Shown here in pieces: positions 28,639 through 37,344 of a stretch of DNA of 64,000 bases. The position numbers were made by a program, and so were the translations under genes. The first letter of the stretch is position 1. The number at the start of each line of letters is the position of its first letter. Below the pieces are notes generated by a model. That model was not told the DNA's origin and did not search any database. It saw only the letters and a list, made by a program, of their open reading frames with translations. This DNA comes from a virus (lineage: Duplodnaviria; Caudoviricetes): positions 1-64,000 of the IMG/VR virus record IMGVR_UViG_2775507243_000004, one strand, 5' to 3'.

Positions 28639-30542
28639 ATCCAAAATTCAATTTGCAAGAATGGCTGGAAACCGCCACAGATAGCGAGTGCCGCGCCAAG
28701 GCTAAAGAATTTGCCGTCCGTTGCTCAAGTATCGAAGAGCCACTGGAGTTGCTAGAAATGGTGGTTTCGCGTGGCTGGATCGTACTACCCGAGCACGGCG
28801 TAAAACATCTTGACTACAAAAAAATGAAACCGGCCCAGCGCCGCTATGTGCTGGAGCTGGCCGCGCGAATCAAGTCAGATAAGTGGTGGAGTAAGCGCTT
28901 GCGTACGCTCGCCATCCGCGCCGCCGAAGCCCGCGCTTATTCCTACGGTATTGGCATGGGTAAGGATAAAGCGTATGTCAGCACTTGGAATTTAGAGCGG
29001 ATGGTGATCCGCGCCCAGCAAGGCGCGGTGGCCATGGCCGAAGCGGTGGCTATTTCGCCCGATGGTGAAGTCATCGATATGGCCGATGTGCTGGAAGGCA
29101 GTATGGCCAACGGCAAAAACAAGCGCACCGAGTTGATAGTTCGTACCAAGGGCATGGCCGAACGGGCTCAAGAACTAGGCTACCGCGCTTACGCCATTAC
29201 CCTGACTGCGCCAGGCTGCTACCACCGCTGCACCAGCGTCGGCGAAAAGCCGCACTTAAAACTGATCCTCAATAAAAAATGGAATGGCTTTAGCCAGCAA
29301 CAAACCGCCAGCTATTTGACTAAGTGCTGGGCGCAATGCCGTACCCAATTTAGCAAATCCGAAATTGATTTTATGGGGCTGCGCACTTTAGAGCCGCACA
29401 AAGACGGCACCCCGCACTGGCACTTAATCTTTTTTGTGAAGCCGCAAAACGCCAGCGAAGCTCTTAAGATCATCCGCGATAAATATCTACATGCCGAGAG
29501 TCAGGAGAAAAACGCCCAAAAAGTCCGCGTAAAGATCGACGCAATCAAGCCACGCAAAGGCCAAGACATGGTTTACGCCGCCGTGGCCTATGCCATTGCC
29601 TACATCGCTAAAAATATCGATGGCTATAAAGTGGACGGCGATACCGAGGCGGGCATGAGTGCCATCAACGGCGCACAGCGTGCAACGGTCTGGGCACGTA
29701 TTTTGGGCCGTCGTCAGTTCCAGATGTTTGGCACAGCGCCGGTCACGCCTTACCGCGAATCCCGACGCGTGCGCAAAGACGCTGAAACCCTACTAGAAGA
29801 ACTGATCGCGCAGGATAAAGAGCCGGCCATTGTCGAAGCCGCTAAGGGATTAATCGACGGCAATCTAAAGCCCTGCATTACCGAAGCCATGAAGGCCATG
29901 AGATCAGGCCGTGCCGATGTACTCGCACCTCTCACCGCTTTACGCGATTTACACCTTGATGGCCAGATCGTTTGCCCTACCCGTATTTTGGGCAGCGCAT
30001 GGGACGCCGCCGACAAGGGCGACTTTCGCGCCTATATGGTCGCCATGGAAAACGACCCACTGGAGCTGGTAAAACGCGAACAAATCAACGGTTATGGCGA
30101 AGTGGTTGCAGTCATTTGCGGCGTAAAGAGCCAACGCGGCCAAGTGCTTACCCATAAGGAAGGCTGGAAAGTGCAGGGTGCCAAAGGCAAAGCGCGGCTG
30201 GGCAAAGCTTGCCACGCCCAAAAAGGCCCATTTAAGGGTGCATCACATATCGAATACAGCCCGCACGAAGTCGCAGAAATGAAACGCGCCCAAAAGCAGA
30301 AACAAGAGGCTGTGTTTTTAGGTGTGGCCTTTGCCGCTGAAGCGAAGCGCAAGCGTCGGGAGAGGGCGAAGCCTTCGACCCTAGGTCATGTGGCATTAAC
30401 TGTTTCTTGCACTTTGGATCAGGCACTTAATGATAAAGGCATAAGAAGAGAAGAAGCCCCACCGGATCTAAGCGAGCGGGCCAGATTAAACGCCCAGAAG
30501 TACGGCGCTCAGGCTTATCTCGACGCCAAAAACAAAAATTAA
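28635..30542 (+). CDS. Rolling-circle replication endonuclease gpA
   Basis: TLTAP, EPHKDGTPHWH, YAIAYIAKNI, RQFQ. Confidence 0.9.
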   Translation: MNPKFNLQEWLETATDSECRAKAKEFAVRCSSIEEPLELLEMVVSRGWIVLPEHGVKHLDYKKMKPAQRRYVLELAARIKSDKWWSKRLRTLAIRAAEARAYSYGIGMGKDKAYVSTWNLERMVIRAQQGAVAMAEAVAISPDGEVIDMADVLEGSMANGKNKRTELIVRTKGMAERAQELGYRAYAITLTAPGCYHRCTSVGEKPHLKLILNKKWNGFSQQQTASYLTKCWAQCRTQFSKSEIDFMGLRTLEPHKDGTPHWHLIFFVKPQNASEALKIIRDKYLHAESQEKNAQKVRVKIDAIKPRKGQDMVYAAVAYAIAYIAKNIDGYKVDGDTEAGMSAINGAQRATVWARILGRRQFQMFGTAPVTPYRESRRVRKDAETLLEELIAQDKEPAIVEAAKGLIDGNLKPCITEAMKAMRSGRADVLAPLTALRDLHLDGQIVCPTRILGSAWDAADKGDFRAYMVAMENDPLELVKREQINGYGEVVAVICGVKSQRGQVLTHKEGWKVQGAKGKARLGKACHAQKGPFKGASHIEYSPHEVAEMKRAQKQKQEAVFLGVAFAAEAKRKRRERAKPSTLGHVALTVSCTLDQALNDKGIRREEAPPDLSERARLNAQKYGAQAYLDAKNKN

Positions 30543-30623
30543 AGCACGACCAAGGCACTGCTACGCCTGCCGCATCTAACCCGACGTATGCAGCATTCAT
30601 TGATCTAAATAGGAATCTGAACC

Positions 30624-30863
30624 ATGAGCGACAAGATAGACCAAGCCAGCGATGTATCAGAGCTGATGCGCTGCAACGCCATAGCCGCCCACTTCGCCAG
30701 CGCAAAGCTAAACAAAGATAAAACCCCTCAGCCAAGCGGGGAATGCCGCTGGTGCAGCGCGGTCGCCGTCAATGATGCGGTGTTCTGCTGCGAGGAATGC
30801 GCCAAGGACTGGCAAGGGTATAACGCCACGAAGCAAAAAGCCCAGCGCATTGCAGGCAGATAA
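30624..30863 (+). CDS. TraR/DksA-like C4 zinc-finger protein
   Basis: MSDKIDQA, CRWC, FCCEEC. Confidence 0.65.
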   Translation: MSDKIDQASDVSELMRCNAIAAHFASAKLNKDKTPQPSGECRWCSAVAVNDAVFCCEECAKDWQGYNATKQKAQRIAGR

Positions 30864-31037
30864 ATGGAAATAAAGCGGATATCCGAACTCACCGAGAGCG
30901 GCCACTACTGGTGGCGGGCTCACCCAAAGCAGGACTGGCAAGTTTTATATATCGCCAACCCCGAAAGATTAACTTATGGCATGGCGAGCTTTGAATTCGT
31001 TGGACCAATACAGGAGCCAAAACATGAGCAGCATTAG
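30864..31037 (+). CDS. Small hypothetical phage protein (57 aa, not in the ORF track)
   Basis: Fills the gap in the operon: MEIKRISELTESGHYWWR...FVGPIQEP. Confidence 0.55.
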   Translation: MEIKRISELTESGHYWWRAHPKQDWQVLYIANPERLTYGMASFEFVGPIQEPKHEQH

Positions 31038-31254
31038 AATTAATAAAGAAGAACTCATCGAGCTAACAGGGAAGCAGCAAACATCAGCACAAGTAAAATG
31101 GTTTAAACAGCATTTAAATATCAATATTGCTTGTGATGCGAAAGGGCCAATCCTTAATCATGCAATTTACAGTGAACTATTAAAAAAACAATATGGCCTG
31201 ATACCTGAAGCCCCCAATGCTGTTAAACGCCCACAAGTAATATTGAGAAACTAA
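31024..31254 (+). CDS. DUF4224-like excisionase/directionality factor
   Basis: EELIELTG...AQVKW, immediately before int. Confidence 0.7.
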   Translation: MSSIRINKEELIELTGKQQTSAQVKWFKQHLNINIACDAKGPILNHAIYSELLKKQYGLIPEAPNAVKRPQVILRN

Positions 31255-32396
31255 TGACTCGAAAACGTGAGAAAAATAAGGGACTAACCAATAGCAGGAT
31301 TTATATTAAAAATAATCGCTATTATTTTTTCTCTGCCAATTACACAATTAGCCCAATTGATGGGAAGGCAAGGCAGTGGCATAGCCTTTGCCTAGTTTCA
31401 GATGGTGAATTAAATGCAAGGCTTGCCGCGCAAAAAATAATTAGCCATAACACTCAAACAGATGAAGAAGGCAACTTTCCTACCCACTTTAAAAACTATG
31501 CATCTTATGTCTTTAAAAAGCGAGCGAAAGAAGCCCCAAAAGATCTACCACGCTTGCTGATGCACGAAACAGCCAATAAGAATTTAAATGGTATATTTGA
31601 AACGATTGAAACCGCATTTCGCCAATTTAATATTGTTGATGTACTTCCTGTTGATATCGCCTCTTTTGTTGACCAGTGGGAAGGTAAAAGAATGGCGCAG
31701 GTGTATCAATCGAGGTTATCTGATTTTTTTAAATGGGCGTGTCGGAGAGGATACAGAGCAGAAAACCCATGCAGAGAAATATCCGTCGCCAAGCCGAAGA
31801 AACGAAGCCGCTATATCACCGACGATGAATTTAACGAGGTAAAAGAAGCGCTATTGATGGGGCTAGATGGCCAGCCAACACGAAGTGGCAAAATGGTCAG
31901 TTGCTACGTGGATCTTTGTTTCTTGCTGTACCAGCGAACAACAGAAATAAGATTGCTGCGCTGGGATCAAATCACATCCGAAGGAATTTTATTTACGCCG
32001 ACCAAAACAGAAAAAAGCAGCGGTGCAAAAGTACAAGTTCCAATGACCCAAGCAGTACAGGATGTTTTAAGTAGAGCAAGACAAGCGTATCCAGAGCGCG
32101 AGATCAAATCAGAGTATGTAATCCACACTCATGATTTAAAGCCTTACACGACTACAGGAATAGGCTCAGCGTGGAAACGTGCAGCGCAACGAGCAGGTGT
32201 TAGCAATGCAACGCTAAAAGACTTACGAGCAAAGGCAATGACCGATGCAAAGCGGGATGGCTATACAGTGAAGCAAATCAGTGTTGGCGGTGCGCATACT
32301 GATGAAGAAATGACCGAGAGCTACATCAAGCTCAGGGAAACACCAGTCAGCGAGGTAGTTCTCAAGCTACCAGTAAAAAAACAGCCCGAAAAATAG
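31254..32396 (+). CDS. int: Tyrosine integrase
   Basis: QRTTEI, KDLRAKA, AH...Y catalytic pattern; adjacent to att. Confidence 0.9.
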   Translation: MTRKREKNKGLTNSRIYIKNNRYYFFSANYTISPIDGKARQWHSLCLVSDGELNARLAAQKIISHNTQTDEEGNFPTHFKNYASYVFKKRAKEAPKDLPRLLMHETANKNLNGIFETIETAFRQFNIVDVLPVDIASFVDQWEGKRMAQVYQSRLSDFFKWACRRGYRAENPCREISVAKPKKRSRYITDDEFNEVKEALLMGLDGQPTRSGKMVSCYVDLCFLLYQRTTEIRLLRWDQITSEGILFTPTKTEKSSGAKVQVPMTQAVQDVLSRARQAYPEREIKSEYVIHTHDLKPYTTTGIGSAWKRAAQRAGVSNATLKDLRAKAMTDAKRDGYTVKQISVGGAHTDEEMTESYIKLRETPVSEVVLKLPVKKQPEK

Positions 32397-32473
32397 CCCG
32401 TAAGAATGCCGTTTTCTCTGCTTTTTTCCTCGCTTTGCGGGATTATATTAGAACATCTTCTAATATAACGGGC

Positions 32474-32511
32474 AAAACAAAAGGGCTAGCTTTCGCTAAC
32501 CCTTTGTTTTT
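32474..32511. terminator. Bidirectional terminator after the tRNA 3' end
   Basis: AAAACAAAAGGGCTAGC-TTTC-GCTAACCCTTTGTTTTT. Confidence 0.75.
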
Positions 32512-32513
32512 AT

Positions 32514-32558
32514 TGGTCGGAATGAGAGGATTCGAACCTCCGACCCCTTGCACCCCAT
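32514..32558 (-). repeat. att core: 3' half of tRNA-Pro(GGG)
   Basis: Minus strand ATGGGGTGCAAGGGGTCGGAGGTTCGAATCCTCTCATTCCGACCA; the 5' half is absent. Confidence 0.88.
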
Positions 32559-32665
32559 ACTTACAGATCACCACACAACCGCTTTAAAAACAATAAGTTA
32601 CATCTTTACACTGCACAGACAAACCACCTAAAAGCCCTTGCAGAACACGATAACAAGAAGGCTCC

Positions 32666-32734
32666 CGTACATTTTTCGTACATGAGAATATCCCAACAAT
32701 CCCATCACGTTCAACTTTAAATATCAACTGATTA
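32666..32734. promoter_or_regulatory. Putative integrase arm repeats and IHF site
   Basis: CGTACAT twice, 11 bp apart; TATCAACTGATTA matches WATCAANNNNTTR. Confidence 0.5.
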
Positions 32735-32949
32735 GCAAAAAAAAAACGGCTCTGCTGATTGAATAATGAGCAAAGCAAACAGTCTGAATTAACATCTGTA
32801 ACAAGATCAATAAAAATTAAAGCAGTACCATAAAATAAGTAGAAAATGACCTGTGCTTGCTAACCGTTATATTTTTCAAACGAAACAATCAAATTAAGAC
32901 AGCCACAGTATTGTGGTAAAAATATATAAAAAGCACGATCAGTAATACA

Positions 32950-34314
32950 TTACTCTAAAATATTACCAAATATAATGCGAAGACTTTCATCTGATACGTC
33001 ACGAGCATTTATTTTTTCTGCTGGTAACTCTAAAACATCTCTAATCTCTTGTAGTCTATTTTTCATTCGATCACCGACTGGAGAACGAATCAGCAATGGA
33101 TCAACACATCCTAAGACTAACTCAAGAACTATATGCACAAGTACACTCTCAGATGCTAATTCATCCAATTCAATACGAACACCACTAGGCAAATTTTTAC
33201 CTAAAATTTCCAACAAGTATGGGCGAACATTATTAGCAATTTTTTTCAATTGACCTAATAAATTTTCACCAATCACATCATCATCTAAAATCCAATTTTG
33301 AATGGCAATATGTGTTGGTAAATTGGAATTATTTCGTAATGTATTATTATTCACAACAGGTTCCTTAGGAGAATTACAACTCTCAATCCAATTATCAATA
33401 GTAAAATCTAAAAAATTATTATTTTCAACCTCTTCATGGGAATAATTAGTCCTACAAAGTGTTTCATTTTTATACATTGAATATTTCTTCAATGCACGTA
33501 GCAATATAGGTGATTGAACGGCATCAAAATCAACTTTTGACAACGCTAATGTATCTAAAAGCAATGAACTTGCCTCTAATGGTTTGATATTCTTTTCAAT
33601 TAATTCAATTGATGCATATGAATTTTCACTAACAACTTTTGCAGCTTTTTCAAAATTTGTTTCATATAAATGCATGCATGTACTAATATGTCGTTGTATG
33701 CCTGGTTGTACCCCAAGCTCATTCGCGATGAATTGCTGTACCCCCCAGAAAGCAAACCAATTATATGGAACCCCAAGCCACAAATCATTTGAACGATTAA
33801 TAACTGTCATCGACAATCGATTTTCATCCATACGAAGCATTACTTGTGTATTACAAGGAATATCTCGTGATGAACTACTAATATCTTTCGCCGAATACAT
33901 AGAAAGAACTACACGCCGACTAAAAGGTAGTTTCCTCAAATGTTCGATTGCATCTTTAATTTGGTCAACGCCAAAATAACTCCTTAAACGAACCCCATAA
34001 GCACCATTCAGGGTTTCACCATCATCAGAGTATTGATCATAAGAAGGAAGAATTTCTTGCAATGGAGCAAGCTTATTACTTCCAGTAAGTAACCATGCAG
34101 TTTCGACAAGTGCAAAAACAGGATTAATTGTCCTCCCTTGAAGAAAACAAAGTCGCTCACCTTGGTCGAGCTCAACACAAACATGACCTAGTTCAATACA
34201 TGGACCAACCCTAGATTCAACCTTTGGAAGGTTGTTTTGAGTCGCAATATTTAAAAGCTGTAAATATGCCGCATTAGGAGAGAGTCCTCTTACTAAGATC
34301 ACGGTAGTCTCCAC
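32950..34314 (-). CDS. Thymidylate synthase/dUMP hydroxymethylase-like protein with C-terminal extension
   Basis: NPVFALVETAW, SDDG..GAYG, SRR, DIPCN, RSNDLWLGVPYN, MHLY. Confidence 0.88.
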   Translation of the reverse strand: METTVILVRGLSPNAAYLQLLNIATQNNLPKVESRVGPCIELGHVCVELDQGERLCFLQGRTINPVFALVETAWLLTGSNKLAPLQEILPSYDQYSDDGETLNGAYGVRLRSYFGVDQIKDAIEHLRKLPFSRRVVLSMYSAKDISSSSRDIPCNTQVMLRMDENRLSMTVINRSNDLWLGVPYNWFAFWGVQQFIANELGVQPGIQRHISTCMHLYETNFEKAAKVVSENSYASIELIEKNIKPLEASSLLLDTLALSKVDFDAVQSPILLRALKKYSMYKNETLCRTNYSHEEVENNNFLDFTIDNWIESCNSPKEPVVNNNTLRNNSNLPTHIAIQNWILDDDVIGENLLGQLKKIANNVRPYLLEILGKNLPSGVRIELDELASESVLVHIVLELVLGCVDPLLIRSPVGDRMKNRLQEIRDVLELPAEKINARDVSDESLRIIFGNILE

Positions 34315-34640
34315 TTAGAAAACTTATCACTGTTTTTTTTCATCTTTTCAAGATAATTTGACTCAAGATCAATTCCTGTCTGGCCAGAAATTTTAACTAA
34401 ATAAATAAATACATCAGTCAATTCTTCACTTAATAATGGCTTAGCAGTTTCGTAATCTAAATCACCACGTACTACTTTTTTTAAAATATTTGCATACTCT
34501 CCAATTTCACCGAGCATGCAAACAACTAAGTGCTCTAAATCCTGCACATTAGATGATGTAATAGGCACATAAAATGGAACATTGCCTTGATGCTGCTTAT
34601 CAAACTCTTTTTGAAGCTCAATTATTTTCTCTAAATCCAT
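34299..34640 (-). CDS. MazG-like all-alpha NTP pyrophosphohydrolase
   Basis: GEIGEYAN...EELTDVFIY. Confidence 0.85.
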   Translation of the reverse strand: MDLEKIIELQKEFDKQHQGNVPFYVPITSSNVQDLEHLVVCMLGEIGEYANILKKVVRGDLDYETAKPLLSEELTDVFIYLVKISGQTGIDLESNYLEKMKKNSDKFSKWRLP

Positions 34641-34647
34641 GTCACAC

Positions 34648-35544
34648 CTATGCATTTAAATTAGAGATTAAATTATCGATACTTTTTTGGTAAATTAATG
34701 TCGCATCAGCAATTGCCGTTCCATGAGATCTTTTTTTCCTTAATTGTTCTAAATCACGAGCAGCTTCAATTGCGCCCTCCAACCTTTCAAGAGTCAATTG
34801 AGAGGTCAATTTTGGATCTAGTTCAGTCCCTTTTAACCCTGCCTCTAAAGCTTCTTTCAAGCTAAGCAGTGGAGCGGCAGAAACAACCGTTACAGACTCT
34901 TTAAGTTCATTAAGCATCTTACTTAAAATACTTAATGGGTTAACCTCATTTGTAAAATATCGAAGTAAGCTTAGGCTGCTTAAAGTTTCTAGACGTGGAC
35001 GCACCAGAGAAGAAGAACTACTGTTGTAATATGCACGGAAAGCAAAAATAGTTAACTTTACTATTTTTAGATGAGGAATCCCCGCATAAATGTCAGCTAA
35101 TGTTTGACGAATTTCTTCTAAATTAACTTTCAAAAAATTACAAACTTCTAACGATCTAAAATAACAAGTACAATATAATACATCGTCTTCAATTTGACAT
35201 TGTAAAATCATAAATGAAGGGATTGGTTTATCATCTTTACCAAGTTCAACAATCTGCTCTTGTGAAATCAAAGAATAAAGAGCTCGATTACTTGATGAGT
35301 TTCTTTTTAGATCCTCAATAATATATTCTACCCCATCACCATAATATTGAGCATGAGTGAAATACAAATCTGGAGGACACTTTTTAGAACGCCACTTTGC
35401 TGCAACGTTCTCAACATCTAGCATCACGAATCCAGCAAGAGCTGCTGTTTTACACTCAAAGTTCAAAATCCAATTAAATTTCGCCCCGTGTTCCAATTGA
35501 ACTTTGGCTTGCGCATGTAAGTCATACAAGCTAATTTCACTCAT
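34648..35544 (-). CDS. Divergent thymidylate-synthase-fold protein lacking the catalytic Cys
   Basis: IIEDLKRNSSSNRALYSL, IPSF, LYCTCYFRSLEV align with TS motifs. Confidence 0.65.
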   Translation of the reverse strand: MSEISLYDLHAQAKVQLEHGAKFNWILNFECKTAALAGFVMLDVENVAAKWRSKKCPPDLYFTHAQYYGDGVEYIIEDLKRNSSSNRALYSLISQEQIVELGKDDKPIPSFMILQCQIEDDVLYCTCYFRSLEVCNFLKVNLEEIRQTLADIYAGIPHLKIVKLTIFAFRAYYNSSSSSLVRPRLETLSSLSLLRYFTNEVNPLSILSKMLNELKESVTVVSAAPLLSLKEALEAGLKGTELDPKLTSQLTLERLEGAIEAARDLEQLRKKRSHGTAIADATLIYQKSIDNLISNLNA

Positions 35545-36160
35545 ACAATAGCTTTAATTGCTGCATTACTATTTTATGAATATAATTAGGGTCAAGAGTC
35601 GCATCCAAAATTAATTTCTTTCCTTTATATTCAGACATTACTCTCTCATAATTCTCAGAAACTATTTTTAATTTATCAGCTTTCTCATAGCTATCAAGAA
35701 TTGGACGATTACCTAAACGTCGTACAGACTCGTCTACTGGATTACGCAAATACACAACCAGATCAGGATCTGGAAAGTCTTTATTCAGACGCTGTACAAG
35801 TTCCCAGTCAGAATCCTGAGTACAATGATATGCAAAAGATGAAAAATAATAGCGGGTACTAATCACTGAAAAGCCACGACTCATCATCTGAGTGACACCA
35901 TCAGTGTCATTATATAAATGATCAAATCTGTCGGCAGAAAACAAATATGCCATTTGATGATCAAAATGTTGAGCATTTTCTTGGAACTTCACACGCCCTT
36001 TAAATGCTTGCCGAATCATATTCCCAACAGGACCAGATGATGGCTCACTCGTCAGCATCACCTTATACCCTGAGGTCAAATAGGCTTTTTCAAGCATTGA
36101 CGCTTGTGTGGATGTACCAGAACCATCCAAACCTTCAAAAACAATAAATTGTGGCTTCAA
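35537..36160 (-). CDS. Thymidylate kinase-like dNMP kinase
   Basis: FIVFEGLDGSGTST, EPS, LFSADR, PDL. Confidence 0.88.
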   Translation of the reverse strand: MKPQFIVFEGLDGSGTSTQASMLEKAYLTSGYKVMLTSEPSSGPVGNMIRQAFKGRVKFQENAQHFDHQMAYLFSADRFDHLYNDTDGVTQMMSRGFSVISTRYYFSSFAYHCTQDSDWELVQRLNKDFPDPDLVVYLRNPVDESVRRLGNRPILDSYEKADKLKIVSENYERVMSEYKGKKLILDATLDPNYIHKIVMQQLKLLYE

Positions 36161-36178
36161 TCTAATTACACCTAAACG

Positions 36179-37000
36179 TTATTTAATATCAACCAGACCC
36201 GTACTAGAATCTAGCGTTAAACCATAATATTTAATTTCTTTAATTTCCTGATCATCGCAATTATAAATAGCCACGCTATTTATATACCCTGGTGTTAAAT
36301 AACTCATGGATCCAACACCAGATATTTTCATCCCCCGAGCTCCGAGGCGACAACTTAATCGAGCATGCTGATGTCCATGCAACAGGGCAGAAAATCCATA
36401 GTCATCCAACAAAGAAAGCACACTGTAAGCATTTCTTGTTGTAGAACTATCCTCATCTTCAACCGGAATAAAATGATGGTGAGCAATGGCAATTCTAAAC
36501 CGATGAGAAGTCTTTTCAGGGCAATGTTCTTCAAGCAACGCTTTCACTTTCACTAGATCAACTTTACCCATTTTGTGATCTAAATGATATGAAGTATTCA
36601 TCAACAAAAAATCTACGTCATCACTCTTAATGAAGCATGCACCGCTATTATTAAACCGACACTGAGTATCATTTCGAATGCCAGCACTCCACGCATCAAA
36701 AAGCGAAAATCCAAGCCTCCCTCCACTTTTAATAAGATCATGATTTCCAGGACAAACAAGAACATTTCTGAGATTAAAACCATTTTTAATTATGGCAGAC
36801 CTAATGATTTCTTGCGCCTCAGCATACCCATCAGGACTACCCTTGAAAGTTACATCACCTGAGATAACGAGAAACGACCCAATTTTGTTCTCAACAACGC
36901 CTAAAAGTGAATCTAAAGCAATCTTGATGTCACTACTTTTCTGATGAGCGAGAGGATTTCCAAAATGGAGATCGGAAATGTGTACAATATCAAACTTCAT
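36179..37000 (-). CDS. Calcineurin-like metallophosphoesterase
   Basis: SDLH, SGD, PGNHD, HHH, HGHQH. Confidence 0.9.
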   Translation of the reverse strand: MKFDIVHISDLHFGNPLAHQKSSDIKIALDSLLGVVENKIGSFLVISGDVTFKGSPDGYAEAQEIIRSAIIKNGFNLRNVLVCPGNHDLIKSGGRLGFSLFDAWSAGIRNDTQCRFNNSGACFIKSDDVDFLLMNTSYHLDHKMGKVDLVKVKALLEEHCPEKTSHRFRIAIAHHHFIPVEDEDSSTTRNAYSVLSLLDDYGFSALLHGHQHARLSCRLGARGMKISGVGSMSYLTPGYINSVAIYNCDDQEIKEIKYYGLTLDSSTGLVDIK

Positions 37001-37176
37001 TATGCCAACATGAGTGTAATAGTAAGCAGCAGTATACCTAGCCTAGAATTATTAGGGAGGTGCAACAGACAAGAAGTAAGTACTAAATCAATTATTAACA
37101 CCTCACAATGCAAACCATTACTTACTTTGCATACCTTGATTTTTATTACTTCACGTATCACCCACTATACTTCTCC

Positions 37177-37325
37177 CTAAAATAGCCAGCCCAGCGTCCC
37201 GCCTTCCCGTTGGTAATCACGAGTTTCTTGCAACTAACAATTGATGCTAACTCCCCCCGACCCAAGCAATTGTGGATAACGCCGGCCATGGCCAAGCCTT
37301 GATCAAACTCGAAAAGTACACCGTC
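37177..37325 (-). pseudogene. Decayed, internally deleted copy of the dam 3' end
   Basis: Shares TTGGTAATCAC and GGCCATGGCCAAG..TTGATCAAACTCGAA with 38765-39010. Confidence 0.7.
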
Positions 37326-37344
37326 CCCTTGTTTTTTTCACGCT

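Larger units (their letters stand above)
1..32558. mobile_element. P2/phiCTX-like prophage; left att not in window
   Basis: Complete P2-type gene order from cos (2390) to integrase (32396), ending at a tRNA-Pro 3' half. Inclusion of 1-2389 is inferred from the att-cos geometry. Confidence 0.85.

Noticed and set aside
31254-32396. Integron integrase serving the attC array
   Set aside because: Phage-type integrase next to att and a DUF4224-like gene, about 29 kb from the cassettes, with no recognisable IntI signature
32514-32558. Functional tRNA-Pro gene
   Set aside because: Only the anticodon loop to CCA is present; D-arm and acceptor 5' strand are missing, so it is treated as an att repeat
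32584-32778. 64-aa ORF next to att
   Set aside because: Lies over arm/IHF sites and has no coding features
32950-36160. Housekeeping thyA/tmk
   Set aside because: Divergent motifs, AT-rich composition, mobile context and no folA/holB-type neighbours
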